Shown: piece by piece, positions 9,443 to 16,193 of the stretch
Layout: the number at the start of each line of letters is the position of its first letter
How positions within the stretch are numbered: position 1 is the stretch's first letter
Source: Nitrososphaera viennensis EN76
Lineage (GTDB): Archaea; Thermoproteota; Nitrososphaeria; Nitrososphaerales; Nitrososphaeraceae
Reading direction: 5' to 3'
DNA length: 32,000 nt
Assembly (NCBI RefSeq): GCF_000698785.1
Contig: NZ_CP007536.1
Location: forward strand, 30,001 to 62,000
The notes under the pieces: model-generated
Told to the model about the DNA's origin: nothing
What the model saw: only the letters and a program-made list of their open reading frames with translations
Database searches by the model: none
Position numbers and translations under genes: made by a program

Positions 9443-10516
9443 ATGGTAGTAGCGTCCCCCCCTTCCCACCTCATGGAACTGCCAAGGAAGATACTGATAG
9501 GCGAGCGCGTGATAGCAGAGGTGGGCCCGTTTGTCAGGTCGCTGGACATGTCTGCAAGGAGCGTCGCGGTCATCACCGGCAGGGTGGTCAAAGAGCGCGC
9601 AGGCGTGTCGTGCAATTCGTCGCTTGAAGACGCCATGCTAAAGACAAAGTGGCACGTGGTGTCAGACGCTTCTATGGACACCGTCAACAAGCTGCATGAC
9701 AAGATAAGGGACGACAGGCCGGATTTCGTGATAGGCTTTGGCGGCGGGAGGTCGGTGGACGTTGCGAAGATGACTGCCTACCGGCTGTCAAGGCCGTTTC
9801 TGAGCGTGCCGACCTCGGCGTCCCACGACGGCATATCAAGCCCGTTTGTCTCTGTGAGGGGAATAGACAAGCCGCACTCTATAAAGGCCAACACGCCGAT
9901 AGGCGTCCTTGCCGACACGCACCTCCTGTCGCAGGCGCCTCCGCGCCTTTTGGCCGGCGGCTGCGGCGACCTTGTAGCCAAGATAACGGCAGTAAAAGAC
10001 TGGGAGCTAGCAAGGGACGAAAGGGGCGAGTACTTTGGAAGTTACGCGGCAAACCTGGCGTACATGAGCGCCCAGATAATACTGGAAGAGTCTGAAAAAT
10101 TGAAAAAGAACGAGCGGCTCGGCGTCAGGACGGTCGTCGAGGCGCTCATAAGCGCAGGAGTGGCAGCGTGCATCGCAGGAAGCAGCCGGCCCTGCTCGGG
10201 CGCGGAGCACCTGTTCAGCCACGCGCTGGAATACGTCGCAGGAGGAGCAGAGTGCGGCCTGCACGGCGAGCGCGTCGGCATCGGCACGATAATGATGGCC
10301 AGGCTGCACGGCCTTGACTGGGAAAACGTCAGGAACACGCTTGAAGACATGGGCGCGCCCACAAAGGCAAAGCAGATCGGGCTCACGGAGGACAACGTGG
10401 TGCAGGCCCTTGTCAGGGCGCAGTCGCTCCGCCCCGACCGCTACACGATACTGAGCAAGGTAAAGATGGACAAGAAAAAGGCCCGCGAGCTTGCCGCGGC
10501 CACAAAGGTCATCTAA
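9443..10516 (+). CDS. egsA: NAD(P)-dependent glycerol-1-phosphate dehydrogenase (archaeal lipid backbone)
   Basis: Fe-ADH/G1PDH fold with 'GFGGGRSVDVAK' and His-rich metal-site segments (SHDG, HALE, HGERVG). ATG 9443 gives MVVASPPSHLMELPRKILIGERV, while the Arg/Pro-rich 5' extension in the track overlaps the TRAM gene. Confidence 0.88.
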   Translation: MVVASPPSHLMELPRKILIGERVIAEVGPFVRSLDMSARSVAVITGRVVKERAGVSCNSSLEDAMLKTKWHVVSDASMDTVNKLHDKIRDDRPDFVIGFGGGRSVDVAKMTAYRLSRPFLSVPTSASHDGISSPFVSVRGIDKPHSIKANTPIGVLADTHLLSQAPPRLLAGGCGDLVAKITAVKDWELARDERGEYFGSYAANLAYMSAQIILEESEKLKKNERLGVRTVVEALISAGVAACIAGSSRPCSGAEHLFSHALEYVAGGAECGLHGERVGIGTIMMARLHGLDWENVRNTLEDMGAPTKAKQIGLTEDNVVQALVRAQSLRPDRYTILSKVKMDKKKARELAAATKVI

Positions 10517-10949
10517 GAGCTTTAATCGTCGCGTCCTTTCTGTGCGCAAATATTTTTGCCAGCTGCTTTTCGGCATAGCCTTCGAGCATCTTGCCAAGCG
10601 GGCCGTATTGCAGCTCGTACTCGATCTCGTCAATAACCTTGGTACCGCTGCCGGCCTTCTCGAACGAATGCGTGTGCTTCCACACCCGGAACCGGCCTTC
10701 CAGCATCTCGTCCACGTACACGTAGGGCTGCAGGCGCGTTATTCTAGAGTGCCACCTGCTTTTCACCACCAGGTTTCCCTCCAGCCACACCTCCGTCCCC
10801 TCTGCAAGTTGCCTGCCAGTGGTGCACCTTACCACCTTCAGGCCCATTTCAGGAGGCGTGATGATTTCAAGGTGGCCGATGTCGGTGTAAAAGGCCCACA
10901 CCCTGTCAATAGGGGCGTCGACCGCAAAGGCGTGGGAAAACCTGCGCAA
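10509..10949 (-). CDS. SRPBCC (polyketide cyclase/dehydrase-like) family protein
   Basis: FAVDAPIDRVWAFYTD... followed by ...FRVWKHTHSFE is typical of SRPBCC. The 5' part of the track ORF (to 11099) runs through tRNA-Cys, so I place the start at the in-frame TTG at 10949 (MRRFSHAF...). Confidence 0.65.
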   Translation of the reverse strand: MRRFSHAFAVDAPIDRVWAFYTDIGHLEIITPPEMGLKVVRCTTGRQLAEGTEVWLEGNLVVKSRWHSRITRLQPYVYVDEMLEGRFRVWKHTHSFEKAGSGTKVIDEIEYELQYGPLGKMLEGYAEKQLAKIFAHRKDATIKALR

Positions 10950-11000
10950 CAGCGATAGGAAATCGGCAAAGCAATTTGACTTTTGTGCCAAGAGAAAAGA

Positions 11001-11090
11001 AGGTGGGGAGGGGATTCGAACCCCTATAAATTCGCTGGCTGCACTTGTGCAGTTCTGCAGGCGAACGCATGGCCGCTCTGCCACCCCACC
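11001..11090 (-). tRNA. tRNA-Cys (GCA) with an 18-nt intron at the canonical 37/38 position
   Basis: Hand-folded: acceptor GGTGGGG/CCCCACC, discriminator T, D stem GCA/TGC, anticodon stem TTCGC/GCGAA, loop CT-GCA-G[intron]A, T arm AGGGG-TTCGAAT-CCCCT. The intron AACTGCACAAGTGCAGCC forms a bulge-helix-bulge. CCA is not encoded. A TATA element (aatttaaa, 11121-11128) lies 30 nt upstream. Confidence 0.85.
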
Positions 11091-11123
11091 GCTTGGCAAT
11101 CATTCATTCTTGGCGGTTGTAAT

Positions 11124-11663
11124 TTAAAGCATTAGGGCAGATTTTGCAGCAAGTTTTGCCACCCTTACAGGCTCGGGAACGGCGCCCTGCAGCGTAAACG
11201 CGTCAAGAAGAGACACGGCGCGCTTTTGCGTAATGCCCCAGCACCGTATGTACAGCGGCTTGCCAGTCTTGAGCGCCACCCGCTCCCGCTCCCCAATCCT
11301 CCGGTACTGCTCCACCTTTTCCTCCCACCCTTGCGGAAAATGATGCCTGATCGCCCCTTCAAGACCCTTCGAGTCCTCAAACGTTATCGCGATCACCGGC
11401 ATGCCCGTGTCCTGCGAGACCTGGCACCCGTCGACGATGTTGTACATGCTGATTACAAGGCCGTCAAGCAGTATGCAGTTGACGTCGTCGCGCCCAAGCG
11501 ACCTGTACATGGAGACAATCGCGCCGGTGGCGTCGTCGCCCCCAATGGTCGCCCGTCCAAACGCCATGCCGTCCACTACAAGGTCGCGGCGCATGACCAC
11601 GCCTGCAAGGACCGAGCTCTTGGCGGTCTTTCTGAAACTCTCGGCTACTGCAAAGACGCGCAC
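11124..11663 (-). CDS. DUF99 / UPF0215 family protein (endonuclease V-like fold)
   Basis: 179 aa with a GTG start. VLAGVVMRRD...DGMAFGRATIGGDDATGAI...ILLDGLVISMYNIVD matches my memory of the archaeal DUF99 signature. Confidence 0.6.
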   Translation of the reverse strand: MRVFAVAESFRKTAKSSVLAGVVMRRDLVVDGMAFGRATIGGDDATGAIVSMYRSLGRDDVNCILLDGLVISMYNIVDGCQVSQDTGMPVIAITFEDSKGLEGAIRHHFPQGWEEKVEQYRRIGERERVALKTGKPLYIRCWGITQKRAVSLLDAFTLQGAVPEPVRVAKLAAKSALML

Positions 11664-11748
11664 GCCCTTTTTCTCGGAATGTACCCTGCGATGGTTGATG
11701 ATGGCAGTAATGCGGCGCGCCTGTCGATAAGCGTTTTTGCTACTACTG

Positions 11749-12681
11749 CTACTGGAATACGCCCTTGCCTATTATCCTCGTGGTCTGGCTGTCCGGCTTT
11801 AGGAGCACGCACGCCTGCCCCGGCAGGTACACCATCGGCTTTTCGGGCGTTATCTCCAGCATGTCGCTGCCAGCGGCCTGCTTGACCTTTACCGGCCGTA
11901 TCTGCATCCCCGCAGACAGCATGTACATCTGGTTGTCTGCAAGCTCGCCCTTGAAGAACGGGCTTTTCTGGAATTTCGCAGCCACCGGGCCGGACGCCAC
12001 CTTGACAGTTCCCGGAGCGCATATCACGTCTCCCCGCGAGATGTCGCCTGCGGAAGGGCCCTTTACTGCAAGGCCCACCCGCGCCGGGCTTGACGAATTC
12101 TCTACGGGGTCGTCGTGCATCTGTATCGACTTTACAAGAACGTTCTTGCCAGAGGGCTGGAGCGTAAGCTCGTCGTACGCCTTGACACTTCCCTGCCTCA
12201 CCACTCCAAGGACTACCGTTCCAACGCCCTTGACGTCAAACGCGTGGTCTACGGGTATCATCACCGGCCCTTCCTTCCCCTTTGGCGCAAGCTTTGTCAT
12301 TTCCTGTTTCAGCTGGTCGATGCTGTCGACAAACTGGTAGTTTGCAAGCGACGTGCCTTTCAGCAGCGCCTTTAGTTTTTCCCGGTCGACCTCGTACGAG
12401 TGCAGGACAAAGCCGTCCTTTATGCCAGAGTAGTCAAGCGCAAGAACCTGCTCGCCAAGGAACCTGTCAAGTTTTGACACGTTCAGTATCGCGTATTCCG
12501 CGATGTTGACTGCCTGCATGAGGGGCTGGACCTTGTCAGGAAATGTAATCGGGACCGTCCAGGTGTAGACAATGTCCGCCGTCTTGCGGTCGTATATCGT
12601 GATGTCAGTGGACGTGCCCTTTTTGCCAAGCTCGCCTGCGATTGCAGGGTCGCCGAGCACGACAAAGTTGACGCTGTTCAA
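11749..12681 (-). CDS. EF-Tu/EF-1A-like protein with a degenerate GTPase domain
   Basis: A clear EF-Tu domain-2 beta-barrel (FDVKGVGTVVLGVVRQGSVKAYDEL...IQMHDDPVENSSSPARVGLAVKG...ISRGDVI) follows an N-terminal domain lacking intact G1/G3/G4 motifs. TTG start. Confidence 0.7.
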   Translation of the reverse strand: MNSVNFVVLGDPAIAGELGKKGTSTDITIYDRKTADIVYTWTVPITFPDKVQPLMQAVNIAEYAILNVSKLDRFLGEQVLALDYSGIKDGFVLHSYEVDREKLKALLKGTSLANYQFVDSIDQLKQEMTKLAPKGKEGPVMIPVDHAFDVKGVGTVVLGVVRQGSVKAYDELTLQPSGKNVLVKSIQMHDDPVENSSSPARVGLAVKGPSAGDISRGDVICAPGTVKVASGPVAAKFQKSPFFKGELADNQMYMLSAGMQIRPVKVKQAAGSDMLEITPEKPMVYLPGQACVLLKPDSQTTRIIGKGVFQ

Positions 12682-12726
12682 TATACCGCTGTTTTCAGTT
12701 CTGCCAGTATAATGCTTTGCGGTCAG

Positions 12727-13122
12727 CTAGTAATCAAGCAAGTGATCCTGCCGGGTAAAGTTGGCGTCCGGAGGATAGACGTCGACCGTGTTCGATATGT
12801 CCACCACAGTCCCGGCGGCGTCTGTCACCACCAGCGTGACCGTGTAGCTTCCCTCCTTTGTGTAAACGTGCGTCGCGTTCTGCAGCTGCGAGACCCCGCC
12901 GTCGCCAAAGTTCCACGTGTACCGGTAAGGCTCGACCCCGTCTCTGGCGACGCCGACAAACGGCGCCTCTTCGCCCACCCTGATCTTGAAAAAGTTGTCC
13001 GCATTCACGCGAAACGTCTTTGGCTTTTCTCCGGGGAGCTTCAGCGTGACCGTGTACAGCACCACAAGCGCTATTGCGACTGCGCCGATTATGCCAAAAA
13101 CAAGGGCACTGTTCTTGCTCAC
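12727..13122 (-). CDS. Membrane-anchored PKD-domain protein
   Basis: N-terminal TM helix (LVFGIIGAVAIALVVLY) followed by a PKD domain with the hallmark 'YTWNFGDGG...THVYTKEGSYTVTLVVTD'. I trimmed the start to the in-frame GTG at 13122. A palindromic TATA (TTTATAAA, 13156-13163) lies upstream, and the longer track ORF overlaps the next gene. Confidence 0.7.
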   Translation of the reverse strand: MSKNSALVFGIIGAVAIALVVLYTVTLKLPGEKPKTFRVNADNFFKIRVGEEAPFVGVARDGVEPYRYTWNFGDGGVSQLQNATHVYTKEGSYTVTLVVTDAAGTVVDISNTVDVYPPDANFTRQDHLLDY

Positions 13123-13219
13123 GGAAGGCAAACGATGAACGCAGCTCAGATCGAATTTATAAAGATAAGCCTTCTTCTTTTTGTGCGCACTATTTCGACC
13201 AGCAATCAAAAGTTGCAGA

Positions 13220-13513
13220 TTAGCCGGGAATGCCAACTTCATCCATCGTGAACACAAAGCGCGACCCCGCGTACGTGTCCTCGGTGCCTTCTCGCTGCCA
13301 GTTCACCTTGTACTCCTTTGTCACCTGCTTGCCGATTATCTTTATCGTGGTCGGCAGGTCTGCAAACAATTTCTCCACCTTTTCAGGGTTCTTGGTCATA
13401 AGGACCGACCTGCGCCTCTTCATCAGGTATTTCACGGCGACGTTTCGGTGCACGTGCCCCTCCACCGGTATCTGCTCCTTGCCGGTGTCAATGGTAAACT
13501 GGCGCTTGGCCAT
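13220..13513 (-). CDS. Hypothetical basic protein
   Basis: 97-aa ATG ORF (MAKRQFTIDTGKEQIPVEGHVHRNVAVKYLMKRRR...) with a TATA-like 'tataaaaa' upstream (plus-strand 13555-13562). I recognise no family. Confidence 0.55.
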   Translation of the reverse strand: MAKRQFTIDTGKEQIPVEGHVHRNVAVKYLMKRRRSVLMTKNPEKVEKLFADLPTTIKIIGKQVTKEYKVNWQREGTEDTYAGSRFVFTMDEVGIPG

Positions 13514-13560
13514 CAGAAACTAGAATCGAAGGAATCAGTAGAAAAGTTTTGTGGTTTTTA

Positions 13561-13607
13561 TAGAAAAAGAAAAGAGAGGGATGGAGGCTTGTGTGCCTTC
13601 CATCACC
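13561..13607 (-). terminator. Hairpin plus oligo-T terminator downstream of nirK
   Basis: An imperfect hairpin, GATGGAGGC-ttgtgt-GCCTTCCATC (one bulged base), starts about 10 nt after the nirK stop. On the nirK strand it is followed by CCCTCTCTTTTCTTTTTC. Confidence 0.55.
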
Positions 13608-13616
13608 CTATTGGCT

Positions 13617-14759
13617 CTAACCAGAGGTGGTGTTGCCACCGGAGGTTGCATTGTTGCCAGCCGAGCCACCCATCATGGAGCCGCCCATCTCGGCATGCTC
13701 ATTCAGCCATGCCTTTGATGGCACCCACGCCTCTGGCGGCACGTCGTCTGCGGTAGAGTTGTTTGTGGCAAGGACCGCAAACGCTCCGCCCCTTAAGACA
13801 TGGGCCATGTTGTGGTCAACACCCACATAGAGGCCTTCTTCGGGGAATACAGATTCAATCACCGAAGCAGAGCCCACCGGGATCCACCAGGTTTCTTCGT
13901 TCCTGACAGGAGCCATGTTCCTCGTCTTGAATGAGCCATCCCTTACGTCAATCTGGCCCGAGATGAAGTGGAACGAAACTCCCTCGTTCGGTCCTGGAGC
14001 CAGTATGTACCATCTTGTAAGTTCACCAGGCTTTACCTGGAAGACAGTGGCGTTGGCGTTCAGGTCGAGCTTGACTGATTGGCCGATGGCCGGGACGTAC
14101 CTGTGTGCCATGCCGTTGGTCAGGATGAGGTCAGGCTGCTCTGTTGCAAACTTCATAATGTCAAAAGAGCCTGTGCCGTTTGCCCCAACGAATAGACCGC
14201 CGTCTGCGCTGTTGTAGATTTCACCGAATGCTACATAGAACTCCTTTGCTGGAGCCTCGTTGGTCGGGTGGACTACGAATGCACCGTACATGCCGTTTGC
14301 AATGTGCTCCCATACGCCGTTGAGTGCATCAGCACCGCAGTGGTACATGAATGCACCAGAGTTGGGTGTGTTGAAGGTCCAGGTCTTGGACTCTCCTGCG
14401 GCAATGTTGCCAGAGAGCACCTGGCTTGGGCCAATGGCTGCGTGGAAGTCGATGCTGTGGATCTGCTTGCCTTCATTCTTCAAGGTGATTTCCACGGTAT
14501 CGCCTGCGTTTGAGGCCATGACGGGACCAGGAATGGTGCCGTTGAAGACCATTGCGTTGTACTTTATTCCGCCCGGATGCAGAGCGTTATCAGGGGCCAC
14601 CTGAACCTCCATCTCGTTTGCGATCAAGGTATAGTGTCTAGTGACACCAGTCGGGGCAGCCTGTGCAGCTGAAAGTGGGAATCCATTGAAAAGTGGACTG
14701 AAAATTAGTCCCACTACCAGAACACCGGCAGCCAACCCTGCAATGATTGCCTTGTTCAT
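13617..14759 (-). CDS. nirK: Copper-containing nitrite reductase (NirK-type two-domain cupredoxin protein)
   Basis: Signal/TM N-terminus. 'HSIDFHAA' (type-1/type-2 Cu His), 'MYHCGADALNGVWEHIANGMYG' (His-Cys...His...Met, close to the AniA-type 'YHC...HIANGMYG' motif) and 'VDHNMAH' in domain 2. Met/Gly/Ser/Asn-rich C-terminal tail. Confidence 0.8.
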   Translation of the reverse strand: MNKAIIAGLAAGVLVVGLIFSPLFNGFPLSAAQAAPTGVTRHYTLIANEMEVQVAPDNALHPGGIKYNAMVFNGTIPGPVMASNAGDTVEITLKNEGKQIHSIDFHAAIGPSQVLSGNIAAGESKTWTFNTPNSGAFMYHCGADALNGVWEHIANGMYGAFVVHPTNEAPAKEFYVAFGEIYNSADGGLFVGANGTGSFDIMKFATEQPDLILTNGMAHRYVPAIGQSVKLDLNANATVFQVKPGELTRWYILAPGPNEGVSFHFISGQIDVRDGSFKTRNMAPVRNEETWWIPVGSASVIESVFPEEGLYVGVDHNMAHVLRGGAFAVLATNNSTADDVPPEAWVPSKAWLNEHAEMGGSMMGGSAGNNATSGGNTTSG

Positions 14760-15030
14760 TGCCTACCGATAATCAACGTGATCTATATAAGACTTGTCGA
14801 AAGTGCGTTTGCTTTTGAATACAATACTTGCATATGTACTCGAGATACTTTTGTTATCTTGTAGAATCTACATATTAACACAAATATTCACTGTTATGAT
14901 CTAATAGTTATTTTTTCTATATGCCACTATATGGATACACAATGATAATGTAGCAGATACTAGTACAATTATATGATATTATTCAATATTGGATATCTTT
15001 ATAAGAATCTCCCACTATTCCGGGTACGCC
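14760..15030. promoter_or_regulatory. AT-rich divergent control region between nirK and amoC
   Basis: nirK TATA (plus-strand ctatataa, 14783-14790) has 23 nt between it and ATG 14759. amoC TATA (tttataag, 14998-15005) has 25 nt between it and ATG 15031. The roughly 190 bp between them is strongly AT-rich, non-coding and carries palindromes and direct repeats. Confidence 0.65.
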
Positions 15031-15594
15031 ATGGCTCTCATACCATCACTCATACCGAAGGAAGTAGAGATACAACGGCTGAAGAAGATTTACGTCTTCT
15101 TTATAGTGCTGGCTTCGATAGCACTATCGGTAGAAATCGACAACTTTGTCGACGGCTCGCTGCACCAGACGTCCATACGCGACTCGGCCTTCACGCCGGC
15201 CCACTGGTGGCTGTACAGCCACTTTATCGCGCTGCCAGTCGGCTGGGGCATGGTGGCCATGTACGACAGAAGGGTTCCAGTCCTCAGGGGCCCCGGCAAC
15301 TCGATGAACACGGGCTTGAAGATAACCATCATTGGCTACCTTGCCACGATGTTCACTGTCGGGGTCAACGAGATGTGGCACTTCTGGATGGTCGAGGAGA
15401 TCTTTTCCGTACCGAACCACTGGATGTTCAACATGGGTGTCGTAGTGGCATTCATGGGCGCCTTGGCGTACGTGGTGAGGGTGTACGCAAGGATGGTGGA
15501 GCTGCAGCAGGAGACTCCGGCCAAGAACCCGTACGTGGCAGAGATGTACAAGCTGGCGCTGGAAGGAAAACTGTACAGCAGGTCGATACCGTAA
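15031..15594 (+). CDS. amoC: Ammonia monooxygenase subunit C (archaeal AmoC), orphan copy
   Basis: 187 aa starting MALIPSLIPKEVEIQRLKK. It contains VDGSLHQTSIRDSAFTPAHWWLYSHF and NEMWHFWMVEEIFSVPNHW (a His-X12-His pair), as I recall for archaeal AmoC/PmoC-family proteins, and is multi-TM. The 14-codon extension in the track lies in the AT-rich promoter. Confidence 0.85.
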   Translation: MALIPSLIPKEVEIQRLKKIYVFFIVLASIALSVEIDNFVDGSLHQTSIRDSAFTPAHWWLYSHFIALPVGWGMVAMYDRRVPVLRGPGNSMNTGLKITIIGYLATMFTVGVNEMWHFWMVEEIFSVPNHWMFNMGVVVAFMGALAYVVRVYARMVELQQETPAKNPYVAEMYKLALEGKLYSRSIP

Positions 15595-15620
15595 GCAAAG
15601 CAAGCACGGCTACCAACCTC

Positions 15621-15636
15621 TCCTCTTTTCTTTTTT
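15621..15636 (+). terminator. Polypyrimidine/oligo-T terminator after amoC
   Basis: TCCTCTTTTCTTTTTT begins 27 nt after the amoC TAA. Confidence 0.5.
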
Positions 15637-15752
15637 ACTCCAACCTGTACTATCCAGATGTCTTTAAATTGCCAGAGAGTGGCTGTACGGCTGCATTGCC
15701 GGCGTATGGCGGTAAGAGGTTTCCAAGGGCGGCCCGCAGGGCAAGAAAGCCC

Positions 15753-15932
15753 ATGCAGGACAACTGGGCCAAGGTGCCCCACGGCAAGTGGCTGAAATGC
15801 ACGTACGGCCGGTGCGGCCATGAGTGGCAGTACTTTGGCGGCCACAGCTGGGCAGAATGCCCGCTCTGTCACACCACCAGCAAGGTGGCAATTGCCATCC
15901 GCAACTACAGGGAAAACAACAATAGAGGCTAG
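15753..15932 (+). CDS. Small zinc-ribbon protein (putative)
   Basis: This is the C-terminal part of the artefactual track ORF 14973..15932. MQDNWAKVPHGKWLKCTYGRCGHEWQYFGGHSWAECPLCHTTSKV has a C-X4-C...C-X2-C pattern. An in-frame TTG at 15696 is an alternative start and has 25 nt between it and the TATA element at 15663-15670. Confidence 0.45.
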   Translation: MQDNWAKVPHGKWLKCTYGRCGHEWQYFGGHSWAECPLCHTTSKVAIAIRNYRENNNRG

Positions 15933-16177
15933 CTCACAAAAAGTGAGTTTTCGTCCTTTGCTAGAGACAGTTCCACGCTGTTTTTGGCCTTGTCGTGCAC
16001 GATGACAAGTCCTCCCGCGGTTTTGTATTTTGTCGCAAGCGTCTGCAGGTGAAAGTTCAGCGTATACAGGTCTGAAAACGACTCGGATTCAAGCAGGGCG
16101 AGGTTGCTTCCATCGTACAGCTCAAGGCTTGCGCCTCCTCCTTCCGCGGACTTTGTCACTTTAAAGATGTGCCGCAC
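15929..16177 (-). CDS. Hypothetical small soluble protein
   Basis: 82-aa ATG ORF lying directly downstream of, and on the same strand as, the FxLYD gene (16 nt gap). I recognise no confident family. Confidence 0.45.
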   Translation of the reverse strand: MRHIFKVTKSAEGGGASLELYDGSNLALLESESFSDLYTLNFHLQTLATKYKTAGGLVIVHDKAKNSVELSLAKDENSLFVS

Positions 16178-16193
16178 AGCCCAGAGGAAAAGG

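Noticed and set aside
10950-11099. N-terminal 50 codons of the track ORF 10509..11099.
   Set aside because: This segment runs straight through the tRNA-Cys gene (11001-11090). The SRPBCC domain begins after the in-frame TTG at 10949.
13181-13756. 191-aa plus-strand ORF spanning the 13220..13513 gene and the nirK 3' end.
   Set aside because: It crosses an intergenic terminator/promoter region and is antisense to two better-supported genes. Its translation is His/Arg/Leu-rich with no recognisable domain.
14973-15932. 319-aa ORF spanning the amoC region in another frame.
   Set aside because: It starts in the AT-rich promoter and overlaps the well-supported amoC frame throughout. Only its last ~60 codons (the zinc-ribbon segment after amoC ends) look like real coding sequence.
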